This document shows, piece after piece, positions 36,463-48,208 of a stretch of 64,000 bases of DNA; the first letter of the stretch is position 1; the number at the start of each line of letters is the position of its first letter. The notes under the pieces were generated by a model. It worked only from the letters and a program-made list of their open reading frames with translations. It was not told the DNA's origin and searched no databases. The DNA comes from Plasmodiophora brassicae (taxonomy: Eukaryota). The stretch lies in assembly GCA_036867785.1 (NCBI GenBank), contig CP145423.1, positions 434,001 through 498,000 on the forward strand, written 5' to 3'. The position numbers and the translations under genes were made by a program.

Positions 36463-36770
36463 CTGCGCATGATAGAATTGCGAGACTGCGCATGACAAAA
36501 TGAGCGAGACTGCGCATGAAAGAATGAGCGAGACTGCGCATGAAAGAATGAGCGAGACTGCGCATGAAACAATGAGCGAGACTGCGCATGAAAGAATGAG
36601 CGAGACTGCGCATGAAAGAATGAGCGAGACTGCGCATGAAAGAATGAGCGAGACTGCGCATGAAAGAATGAGCGAGACTGCGCATAAAAGAATGAGCGAG
36701 ACTGCGCATGAAAGAATGAGCGAGACTGCGCATGAAAGAATGAGCGAGACTGCGCATGACAGAATGTGCG
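36463..36770. repeat. 24-bp minisatellite (GCGAGACTGCGCATGAAAGAATGA), ~12 copies
   Basis: Tandem array seen directly. Confidence 0.95.
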
Positions 36771-37526
36771 ACACTGTGCAGGGAGTGTGGCCGAGGGGCC
36801 ATAATTTGTGCACGGCACTGTGCACAGTGCCCGCGCCGCGGTCATTTTGAACAGAAGCTGTCGCGAGCGTGATATCAAGGCTCGAGCCGCGGCCGGGCGG
36901 TCTCTGAGGCGGAGCTACACCGGCGACTGTCGACCAAGTGTACTGTGCCTGCATCAAGTCAATAGAACTGCAGCCGGTACTTTCTGTCCGCGCCACTAAA
37001 GTAAACAACCACGCGCGGATGGTCCACGTTCCGCCGCCCTCATCGCGACCCGTGGAAACAGTTGCTAACTAACCTTGAACCACGTGCGAACGTCACGGGA
37101 GCTTTGCTCCCCTGACATTTCCGGTGGGAGAACCACCGCTGCAGTTCGTTCTCGAAGAACTCGCTGGAAGATTCACTTCTCTAGGTGGTCTGGGTGCTTT
37201 TCGTTCGACTTTAGCAAAGTTCGCAGGCTGTTTATCGCTGTCGTCGCATCCAACGAAGAAGATTCGGGATTTGCAGTGGCGCCGTCTGCAACTGAGTGAC
37301 TTGCAATCTTGGCATTCTTGCGAGCACTCTAGTGCCAAGTAAACTCGACGACGAGTGTACGTTGACACAACATGAAGGTGCTCGATCCAGGGGATCGCCT
37401 TGACTCCGGAGCCCAATCTGCGGCCAGGGGCGGCGGGCCGGCCGTCAGCAAGTCCCGGCACCCGAGGGCCGAGAATCGAGATCAGTGTCCGCCACCCCCA
37501 AGTCCGCTATACCATCTGCAGGTCCA

Positions 37527-37645
37527 GGACCCGGGTCGACCCGGGTCGACCCGGGTCATGGGCGGGCGCGGCGGGTCTGACCCGGGTCGACTGGGAACCC
37601 CCACGGGTGAGTCGGGTCGGGTCGGGTCGACCCGCTGCCATCTCA
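37527..37645. mobile_element. Orphan hAT-like terminus with GACCCGGGTC/GGGTC subterminal repeats
   Basis: Clustered GACCCG/CGGGTC motifs ending ACCCGCTGCCATCTC, resembling hAT ends; no partner end found. Confidence 0.4.
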
Positions 37646-37659
37646 TTTGTCGTCCCGCG

Positions 37660-40400
37660 CAATTAATCCTACTTTACTATTAATCCACCGAGCAATCCAC
37701 CGAGCGCGGCTTGGTATATTTTCCAGCAGATTAGCCACAACCCTGATCGTGCCTCGAAGTCGAGATGACGTCAGCTCACGTTGCTTCGCCATACCACAAG
37801 GTGACGAGAGCCAGGACAACACTATTGTATTATATCTCCGTAACATTCCTGAGAGGAAATACAGGCGATGCCCGAGTAGCTTGTGAATATACCACAACCG
37901 GAGGAGAGGCATGTGTTGGGTATCGACTCGATGAACATGCTCGTGGAGGATAGAGTGGAAATAGTGCAACACGTACATGCCGCAGTTGTGACCATCACGT
38001 TGCTTCTCGGCGAAATCCCCCAGGCTCGTGCATGTCTTCGTGAACGGTTTCACTGCAACGATCTTAAACTCGCTTCCCCCAGGAAATCGCGGAACGATGA
38101 ATCGGGTCCATAACTGGAGAAGCTTTGAACGATACGAGTCCCGCATCAGGGGATCGTATAAATACACCGTCCGTTTCCACCTGTCAGCAACAATGCCACA
38201 CCAGTGAACATTGGCAATCTGCCGCAGGCAAAACTTCAGTGTCGAGTATTAGCATGTGCAAGATTGACTACCGACATTAACGGGAAACAGAATGTTGCCT
38301 TCGTACAGGCGGTTCTTCTCGAAGTGTTCGGAAATGCCACCGGAATTGACAGACAGGCAGAGCGAGCTGATGGGCTCGAACACTTGCTGAAAACTCGGGT
38401 CTCTGCATTCCAGCTCTTCTTCTAAGAACTGCTCGAGGGCACTGTTCATAACCTCGTCCGATATCCATTCGTCACAAGCCAGATGCGAGAACAGGTGTCT
38501 CGTCTTCAGATGACGGCGGATATCTTCGTTCATCGGGTTCCTGAACAAATCCATCATTACGGCCTCCCGTATCTCAGCGACCTGGTTGGGGGTGAACATA
38601 TGATCCGCAATGACGAACCGTCTGTCCTCACCCAACCAACGGCGCACCTGGCCAATGAGGTCCACAACATCTTCCTTATAGCCCAAGACGTTCTGCATGG
38701 TGTGTACAAGTTTTCTAGGAGCATAAACGTCAGACACATGCACCTAATGGATGAATACATGTGCCAGTTACCATGTGACAACGCCAATGCCAGTGATTTT
38801 CACACATTGAAACGTGTAGTCGGTGGAGCGACACTTTTCAACAATCACGCGTGGCATCAAGAATGGAGCATCATCTTGCGCGTTCGCGATCGCCGTCACC
38901 CCTTTCGGTTGCAGACGGTTGCTCAGGTCGATGTACGACAACGAAAGGATAGCGTCCACGCTGTTGTCAAACGATGATTGCGGATCCTGAATCGTCGCCC
39001 ACACTCGATTCACAGATGAAGACGGGAGCGTAGTGGTTCCGCCACCTATACGAGCAGCACAAATTCAGTTGCATTATTATTCAGGAATTGGGAAGATGTT
39101 GAGCACCACTAGGTATTTCATCTCGGTCGGTGAGAGAACAATCTATATTTTCCGTGTTGGCTTGCTTTTGATTGACATGCGGAAGCTCCGATGGCCGATC
39201 ATCTTCCGAGATTCGCCTCTCAGAGAGTTCCATGTTTACAGGAGGACCTGATTGACATTGCAAGGTAAGTTTCGAATCAAAGATCCCGATATACGGTTGG
39301 ATGTCATAGCACCTGCCAGAGACTGCTTGATGGAAGTCGGAGGTACTGGCTCTGGAGCATTCGAACAGCCTGGCAACTAAATCATTCGCAAGCCTTCGAG
39401 AAGACTAACTTCGGCAATACCGTCATGTGGTGACTGCGCCAAGGCCTCGACGACGACATCACCGTTGTCCAACGACACCTCAGCAAGGAAACCATGTTCG
39501 AAGCATTCCGCGTTTGATTCGCAGTCGTCAGACACTAGGTCGTCGCCAGACGGTATGCGGTCGGGATATTCAGCTGCAGCGTACTCGACTTCTGTAGAAA
39601 AAACAATCTCAATAAGGACAACAACACGGTGCATAGGTCCCGAAGTACCTCGATGACAATCTCGAGAACCGCCGGGTTGATTGCTCGAGCAATAGAACGG
39701 ACACCGTTGGCCACTGCGCGGTGATCCGTTGAGGTGACGCCGTGTTGCATACACAAACGGCACCTGGCTGGTAGTCTTGCATTCGCAGGTTGTTGTTGAT
39801 CAAGTCGCGAAAGTCGAGCAACACGATCGGGGCGCCTACCGCGACTCGCTGTGCGTCGTAGAGGAGGTAAGACAACAGAACGCTTAATCTCAGATTCTGC
39901 AACACGGGCACCGGAAAGGTACATTCGGAATTCCGTTGCCAGCGACGTGAACGTGGACATAGCACGCCGGTACAAATGCTCGTTGACCTTAGCGTCAACA
40001 GCCAGACGAGCAAATGCTTCCGACAGGACCCGATACCGGATGTTCGGCTTAGAAGGGTAGACCACTTTGTGATAGACATCGTCATCGTGGTCTGAAACGA
40101 ATGGCTCGTCTGACTTGACGTCTGAGAAGATGCTGGTATGGCTACCAGTGCAAAGTGGTTGAGTTGCACCTGGAGCGATTGGATGTGCCTCCGGGATCCG
40201 CAGGTTTCGCCTGACGCCGTCGTACAAAGGGTGCTGCCGCAGCCACCACCGACGATGGATGTTACATAAACTGAATATGTCATCCTCGCGGCGGCTGAAC
40301 ACGGCACAGATACCGCAACACGGCATAAGTGTTGCAAGGATCCATCGCCGGAACATCATCGTCCGAGCCTCTAACGCTCAGGCAGCTCGCAAGCTCCATT
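37660..40400 (-). pseudogene. Degenerate MULE-type transposase 3' region: SWIM-adjacent segment, Zn knuckle and Ulp1 protease
   Basis: MPCCGICAV..IHRRWWL, CRLC..H, WISDEVMN, ILFPVN, HWCGIV, LYDPL, QRDGHNCGMYV; interrupted by stops. Confidence 0.6.
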
Positions 40401-40695
40401 GCTCTCACCCGGACACCCGCTCGTTTGACGTATGCGGTACCGCGGTATACTCAGTAGTATCCTGCCAACTCGGCGCCGTCGCCACTGGTGTCGGCAGTCG
40501 CGCACAACCCATCTGGGAGCCTGACTGGACTCTGAGTCTTGACTGGGCGCCCGCATCTGGCCTGCCGCCGCGGCACACTGAATCCGGCGCCGTCGCCACT
40601 GGTGTCGGCAGTCGCGCACAACCCATCTGGGAGTCTGACTGGACTCTGAGGCTAGCTTGACTGGGCGCACGCATCTGGCCTGCCGCCGCGGCACA

Positions 40696-41337
40696 ATGAA
40701 TCCGGCGCCGATTGTTGCGGACGCCGGCGTCAACGCCATCTTGCCAGCGATCCCGGCGGCACCGCCGCTTCAGCGCGTGGGCGCCGCCCAGTTACGTCTC
40801 CGGGTCGCCGAGGCCCACAACGCGTCGTCCGGCGGGCTCGCCGTGACGACGTCAGAACTGGGCGACCACGTCACGTTCGTTGTCGCCTGCGCCAACGCCA
40901 ACATCCCGGGCGCCGTCGCCGCCGGCGCGGGACCGCCCGCCTGGGCCGCGCCGCTGCTCGAGCTTCCGGCACAAGTTGCCGCTTTACATGGTCAAGTTGC
41001 CGCTTTACAAGGTCAAGTTGTCGCAGTACAAGGTCAAGTTGCCGCAGTACGAGAGCAACTCGTCGCGCAAGTCGCTGCGATGGAAGCGCTAGACGCCAGG
41101 ATCCTCAACGGGACGGTTGAGGCACCTGATGACTTGATCGCGGCCGTTGCCAACGCGGCCGGCGATGCCGTGCCGGCGGCGTTCCCAGCGACGCGTCGGC
41201 ACCTAACGGTACTGACCGGCGCTCAGGCGAACCGTCTGCTGGCATATTACGGGATGCCGGCGGGCGGCACCGTCGCCCAGCGCCGGCGGCGTCTGGCGCG
41301 CCGTCTCGGCGTACGCAACGTTGGGATCATTCAGTGA
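40696..41337 (+). CDS. Mug135-like heptad-repeat protein, copy 3 (3 diverged repeat units), intact
   Basis: Paralog of 23807 and 25974 with shared 5' and 3' flanks. Confidence 0.75.
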   Translation: MNPAPIVADAGVNAILPAIPAAPPLQRVGAAQLRLRVAEAHNASSGGLAVTTSELGDHVTFVVACANANIPGAVAAGAGPPAWAAPLLELPAQVAALHGQVAALQGQVVAVQGQVAAVREQLVAQVAAMEALDARILNGTVEAPDDLIAAVANAAGDAVPAAFPATRRHLTVLTGAQANRLLAYYGMPAGGTVAQRRRRLARRLGVRNVGIIQ

Positions 41338-41590
41338 CAGTAGCCCCCTGATTGGAGCCCGCGAGCGGACACGACCCGCCGCTTCTTCGTCTGAAACAAG
41401 GTCCTTCCAGGGGTTTGGGTTTCCAAGGCCGAGCAACTATCTCCTGTGTAAAAGACGCTCGACTTGAAGAACTGACCAAATTCGGGCAGTTTCCGAATCC
41501 GTGGGGGGGCAGTTGTTGTCTAGCAGACCGAGACGGGGCCCGGCTGGGTCGGGTCGGGTAGTTCATTTTTCGTCGTCAGACGCGGCCCGC

Positions 41591-42285
41591 ATGTTGTTCG
41601 GCCATCCGTTGGGGCCGTCGATCGGGGCGCCGGCCAAGGCGCGCGTGCACATCACCGCCGCGCTGGACCTGACCTGCCCGTTCTCGAAGCGGGCGCTGCA
41701 GACGCTGAAGGCCCTGGCCGACAAGTACCCGACGTCGCAGGTCCAGATCAGCAAGCTCGACTGGGTCCAAGTCTGGTAAAATGGGCCATGTCGTGCACGG
41801 TGTATCCTGGGTTGCATTCACCGTTTGGCATATAGGCACCCGCAGGCCTATGTGATGGCGCTGGCCGCTGTGGCCGTTCTTCGCGCCAAAGACCTGAACG
41901 CCTGGTACAAGTACACGGATGCGCTGTTCGACCGTCAGGCGGAATTCTTCGACGACAAAGTGCACGACCTGTCGCGGTCAGCACTCGAGCAGCGGCTCGC
42001 TGAGCTCGCCCAGGACATTGCGGGCGTCGACAAGGCCACGTTTGCTGCCAACATGAAAGACGACCGCTCCGTCCGCATGATCAAGGACCACACTCGCTTT
42101 GGCCGTCAGAACGGTCGCTATTTGGGTTCCCATGGGCCGACGACATGGCACTCACCAACGTTGTCGTCACAGGCGTACACGAGTCCCCAACGTTCATGGT
42201 CAACGGCCTCATCAATCGCAACCTGAGCTCGTCGACGACCGTGGACCAGTGGGATGACGTTCTGAAGCCCCTGCTGGCGGACTGA
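41591..42285 (+). CDS. DsbA/thioredoxin-fold protein; two introns
   Basis: LDLTCPFS (CxxS-type) and GVHESPTFMVNG cis-Pro motif. Confidence 0.8.
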
Positions 42286-42351
42286 CCGCTGATCGGAATA
42301 CATCGTCGTGTGCGTTTGTTTATCGTCTTGTCGGGAGAACCGGTCGCTGGT

Positions 42352-45300
42352 TTACGTCTTGGCGTACTGCTTATTCGGCGCGGCAGGTTTACCAAGCTTA
42401 TTCGACTTTTGTGCAGGCTGTTTGCGTTTCTTCGCCGATGCCGCATTGCTTTCAGCAACGCCTTCCGCAGCAGCGGGTTCGTGCCGCCCGCCCTTGTCGC
42501 CCGTCCCCGCCGTTGCCGTCTCGGCTGCCGCGTCGTCGCCTCCCGTGTCCGCCGGGATGTATGGGATGCCTTTGAGGCCCTGCACGACGGTGATGTCGCC
42601 TTTGCCGCTCGCGTCCACCGACGACTTGAGCAACGTGACGGCCTCCTGGAACGCAGCCAGGACCTGGTCGAACTTCTCGGGCGACCACGTGCTCCCAGAC
42701 TCCAACCACGACTGGTCCATTTCGATCCCCTGGACCCTGATGACGATGTGCAGGAGGCCGGAGATGCCCTCCTGGAGCAACGCCAGACGCTGCATGGCTT
42801 TGTCGGCCTGCTCCCTGCTCTTGTCGGCACGCGCGCATGTCTCCCTGTACTTCTCCTGCAGCTGGTCGACGTCCCGCCAGCGGCTGTCCATGAAGTTGTT
42901 CCGCTCCTCCTCGAGCTTGGCCTGCAACCCAGCCTGGGCGGGCAAGCACCGTCAGTGTCATCGGTACGCGCCGGCCCTCGCTTAGGACCTTCTTCTGTTG
43001 CAGGGATTCCAGGTGCTTGGCCTTCTCCTGGATCTCCTTCTCCAGGTCGAGCTTGATCTCCTCCTTGAGGTAGAACTTGTTGACAATGTCGTCGGGGTTC
43101 TCCAGGCCGGTCGCCGACGTGATCCGCTGGAACCGCACGTTATGCGCCTGCATCTGCGCGTTCAACGCCTCGAGCGCTTTCTGCAACTCGTTCGCCTGTG
43201 CCTCCCTCTCGCGGATCTTCTCCAGCATGCGCTCGATACGCCCATTGAACTTATCGACCGTCTGGGGCCAACGCGAACGGTCAGCCGATGAACGCGTTGA
43301 AATCGCTCACATGCGGGGGACCTTGTGCTCTCGCTCCGACTTCTGCGACTGGCGCTTCTTGCGCTGCGCTTTCAGGACGTCGAACACGTTCTGGAAGCTC
43401 TGCAGCTGCTCGACGGCGAACTGGTGGAACGACAGGATCTCGTTCTGGAACTGGTCGAACTCCTGCCCCGCCTGCTCCTGCTCCATCTGCGCCTGATTCT
43501 TCAGCGTGTTCATCTTCCGATACAGCGCGTTGATCTCCGCCCTGGGACACGTCCCGTCAGCCACCGGGGATCAACCGGACGACAACGCCGAGCACAACGT
43601 TCCACCTTTGTTTCCGCAGCGCCTCCATCTGGAAGAACCGGTCGAGCTCCTCCTCCTTCAGGTGGGCAATGTTCAGCTCGTAGTTCTTGCGGTTCTCCTC
43701 GGTCTCGTTGATCTTGATGGTCACCGTGTCGAGTTGCATCTCCAGGCCCTTCAGCTTCTCCTCGTACTTGCTCTGGGCCGCCTCCATCGCCTTCGCCGTC
43801 GTCGTGATGTACTGCACCTCGCGTTGCAGGCGGTGCAGGACGGCCTGCCGCTCGACCGTTTTCGCGCGCAGCGTGTCGTACTCCTTCCTGAGCGAGCAGA
43901 CGATCGCGAACGTGCTGCGCATGTGGGCCTCCGGGTCGGCCTCGTGCCGCTCCGTCAGCGCCGACGTCATCCGGGTGACCATCTGCGCCGATTCGCGAAG
44001 GAACACGGTACGCGCCGGCGGCGGCGGCGGCAACTCGGCGACCTCCATGCCCGGCCCTGTCCAAACCGGGGGTCAGTTGGCCTTAGCGCGCGCTTGACCC
44101 AGGGAATCGCTCGTACGATCGGTGTGCGGGATCGCCGGGAGCACCACCGCGTTGGCCTCGGCGTTGGCCGCCTGCAATTTCGACTCGGTCCTGGCTGACA
44201 GCAACGCGTTCAGCTGCTTGCTGCAAGGGCACACGTTCAGCATCGCGTTCGCAGAGTCGGGGGTGGACGGCCACCAACCTGAGCTGCTTCATGCGTTTCT
44301 GCCTGGCGCGAACCTGGTCGGACACGCTGTGCTTGCCCGGGGGCGGGGCGGGCGTCTGTGGGGACACCTGCATGTCGGACGGGTCCAGCGACACGGTCCG
44401 CTCCTTGACGGGCAACGCAGCGACCGCCGCCGGTTTGGCGCTCTTCGACGCGCGCCGCTCCGATTCGATCTGTTCGTTGACCTCGTGCGACATGGCGTCC
44501 CGGGAGCGGATGCTCTCGAGCTGCGCCTTCGTGTCCTTGGCCTCGTCGTCCTTCGTCAGCTCGCGCGTCTTCTGCCTGGACTTCATCCAGGTCGACATCT
44601 CCTCGCGGATCTTGCCGAGCTCCTTCTTGCCCAGGCCGTAGTTCGACTTCTTCAGGTACCGCAGCTTGAGCAGGTGCTCCTGTTTCTGCCCCAGGAACCA
44701 CTCGTGCATGTCGTTGCCGAGCGCCGCCCACTTGATGCTGGTCAGCGCCACCGAGTGGTGCTCGCCGCACTCGATCTGCCCGACGACCGACCCGAGGATG
44801 TGGTCGATGACGCGCGGGAACAGCAGGTTGTCGTCCGTGTCCTGGCCCAGCTGCCCGTTGTCGTTGTTGCCCCAGGAGTAGATCGCGCCAAAGTTCGTCA
44901 GCGCCAGCGAGTGGTACCGGCCCGCGGCGACCTGGACGATGTCCTTCGACGCGATGATCAGCCGGGGGACGGACAGGTTCCCGCGGACGCCATGGCCCAG
45001 CTGGCCGTACTCGCCGGCGCCGACGCAGTAGACCTCGCCCTTGGCGCTCAGCGCGACGATGTGGCTCTGCCCGCACGACACGCTGCTGATGCGGGACGAG
45101 AAGGCGAACTTGCGCGGCAGGTACATGAAGTTGTGGTCGGTGTTCGGGTAGAAGTACTCGCCGAACCCGCAGATGTGCAACTCGCCGGCGTCGGCGATCA
45201 TGCAGGTGAAGATCGCGCCGCATCGCAGCGACGTGATGCGCGTCGCCGCCAGCGACTGGATCACCGTCGGGCGCAGCTGGTCGGCCTGGTCGCCGTGGCC

Positions 45301-46203
45301 CAGCTGGCCGTGCTCGCCGCACCCGAACGAGAACACGCGCCCGGTCCCTGCCGACGGGGATCAGGTCATGATGGGCGCCCCAAGGCGACACGGTCGCCAT
45401 ACGTGACAACGCGACGGAATGCTTGTCGCCGCAGGCGATGTGTGTGAACTCGACGTTCTTCTCCGTGTCGACCAGCTTGGGGATCTTGACCATCTGCCGG
45501 TCGCCGTGGCCCGTCTGCCCGTACCGGGAGAAGCCCCAGGAGTACAGGCGCCCCTTGTCGGTCAGGACGACCGTGTGCGATTGCCCGCACGCGACGGCCA
45601 CCACGAACGCCGACAGCGTCTTGACGGCGCGCGGGGTCGGCTGGTTCACGAACCCTTCGTGGACCTGGCCGAGCTGCCCCATGCGACCGTCGCCCCACGT
45701 GTACACCTTGCCGTCGTCTGAGCACCCGGGCCAGCGTTAGCGTGCGATGGGGTGGAGCGCGCGCGCGCGGGGAGCGGCACCTGAGACGGCGGCGGTGTGC
45801 AGGCCGCCGCACGCCACCTGGCGAATGGCGACGGGCTCGGGGAACGCGACGTACTGGGGCACCGACGCGTACTTCTTCTGCCCTCGGGTGAACTTGCGCC
45901 CCAGCTGCCCATGGTAGCCGGCGCCCCAGGTGTACACGTACGTCCCGCCGGACGAGTCTGCACGGCTCGCTCAGATCGCACGTTGGCGCAGGGGCCCGCC
46001 CGCCCCTGCCACGTACCGATCGAACGTCGTGAGGCGGGGTCGGCGCTGTCGGTGATCTTGCGCAGGCTGTCGAAGATGAGCTGGCGCCGTTTAATGCCGG
46101 GCGCCGGGCCGAAGTCGACGGCCTCGTTCGGCGCCCCGTCGTCTTTGCCGCGGTCGCCGAACGGGACCAGGGCGCCCTCGCTGTCGTCATGCTCGATAGA
46201 CAT
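42352..46203 (-). CDS. RCC1-repeat beta-propeller + long coiled-coil (dynein-docking-complex-like) protein; multi-exon, possibly two genes
   Basis: About 7 RCC1 repeats (YTWG.G..GQLG, VACG..HT); C-terminal coiled coil with ITSATGLENPDDIVNKF. Confidence 0.7.
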
Positions 46204-46422
46204 GACGGCGCCGGTGGCGAATATCAAGGCCGGGATCGATTCCCGTACTACGTATTGTATGGGTCGACACATGGGTACCAGTCGCCACCACCACCACCCC
46301 CCGTTCAGATCTCGCCCGGCCAAACGTTGCGACGGTCCTGTGGAGGGAACGACTGTATATAGACTTGGGTTGAACCATTACGTCGATGCCCGGCAGCAGC
46401 ATCAGGCGGCATGGGGGTCGCC

Positions 46423-47887
46423 CTACACGGCAAACACGTTCGTTGCCGGTTTTCTTCGGTTGATAGGCGGCTCGACCTTTGTTTTCTTCGCCCAGGCCGG
46501 GACGGGTGCCGCTGACTTCGCCGCCGACAGGATGCTGAGGTTGTACAGGAGGATGCCGAACATGGCGATGCAGACGCCGACGATGTTCAGCGGTTGGATC
46601 GTGTTCCCAAACAGTAGGACGGCCGACACGATCACGATCAGGCGTCGGAACACGTCCGCCACCGAGTATCCTGATCGGCCGAGCCGCATGCATGAGGAAA
46701 GGCAGCAGCAGCAAACGGACGCACCGGGCAGATACCAAGGGAACCGAGCATGTTGATAGCGACGTAGCTGAGGCGCAGCTCGCCGAAATAGTTCAGGCCG
46801 ACGATGAGCATCAGGAAGAACGGCGTGCTTCGAAGTTCGGAGCCGGGCTCCATGGCGTCGCCGCCTGTCGAGGACGTCGTGTAGCTGACGCCAAGGGCGA
46901 TGGCCAGGAATCCAGTCGACAGGATCGCAGTGTAGACTTGTAACTGCATCGACGTCATCAGGCGTCGTATCAGAATGCGCTTGGCGCGAATGTTGAAGAA
47001 GGTCTGGTTGAAGGCCGATACGACGCCCAGGCCAAACCCGACCGGATGAAACCCGACTTCTACGACAAAACGATGAGTCAGAGATCCACAACTCGGTTAT
47101 GCGACTGCTCGATAGCGTAGTACATACCGTTGGCGGACGCCAACGCAACGCCACCGACGATCGGCAGCAGCGACAGGCGGGTCGTCAGTGCATATTGCTG
47201 CCCTTGGATCAACCAGCAGACGATGCACGTCCAGAACGGGATCGTCGCCTTGATCGTGTTCAGGAACGACACGGGTATGTACTCCATTGCCGCGTTGTAC
47301 GCGATGCTCATCACCGTCATCGTGACGCTGAGCGGGACCACCGCATCGAGCTGGTGCCGCCGTGTCACGTTCGCCGGCCGATCCGTCGTCTCGTCGTACA
47401 CCGCCAGCACAATCATCTGCACCCAGTTCATTAGGGTTCCGACAACGCCAGGCGTGGGTGAACCAGTACGGACGCCTGCCACGCTGACGAACGTTTGCTG
47501 GAACAGCGACAGCCGGACAGGCCCGCCAAGCTCATGCATCAGCACCTGCGAACACGACACGCTCAGAACGGGGGAGGCGCGAGCACAATTCGCTCGATTC
47601 CCGCACGTAATTCAGCTTCGCCGCGACAATACTGGAGGTGTACCAGCAGATAATCAGGCCGAATAACGAGGAGAACTGGGCGCGCGAACGAATTCAGCGG
47701 TACGCGGGACGAGCGACCCCCGCGGCAGACATACAGACGCATTCGCGGCGGGTTCGCCAGCAGGCGCGCTGGCACCAGCGGCGGCGGCATCCGGCTGCTG
47801 TTGCTGCTGCTGTTGCTGGGCCTTCACGGGCGCCTGCCGGGCGGACGCCGGCGCCGGCGACGCCACCCTGGCCGTCAGATCCGCCAT
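46423..47887 (-). CDS. Triose-phosphate/sugar-phosphate transporter family (SLC35E/TPT); multi-exon
   Basis: WYTSSI, VSFLNTIKATIPF, LLPIVGGVALAS, YSVADVFRRLIVIVSAVLLFGN. Confidence 0.85.
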
Positions 47888-48208
47888 GGCGACGCCCGCC
47901 GTCGTCGACGCGTCATGGGACCCCGCGACGCGACGGTACTCGGCGTGCCCTTCAATGGCAACGACGGCGCTGCCGGCAGCGGCGGCGTAGGTCACACTCG
48001 GGGGGTGGGTGGGGCGGCCAGCGAATTCCCACGTCTGTGCCCAGCCAGTGGCCGCGCGGCGCACGAATTCCGCCTACAACTATTTCTATTCTAATCGCGA
48101 CGTGGGGCGCTGCTCCTTTTGCAGTCGGCCGTCGGCGTGCACGGGGCACCGCCAGTCGGGGAGCTGCTTGCTCATTCCGGGATTGCAGTTCGTGCGGCCT
48201 GCGCGGCG

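Noticed and set aside
35817-36770. CRISPR-like arrays
   Set aside because: Head-to-tail tandem repeats with no unique spacers and no cas genes; eukaryotic context.
35568-37008. Repeat ORFs (TSFATSC, LVQLVAK, MSETAHER etc.) as real proteins
   Set aside because: Open in several frames only because the unit lengths are multiples of 3 and lack stops; no non-repeat coding context.
41515-41525. Helitron 3' end (CTAG) for the Mug135-like cassette
   Set aside because: Copy 1 has CTAT here and homology continues past the site.
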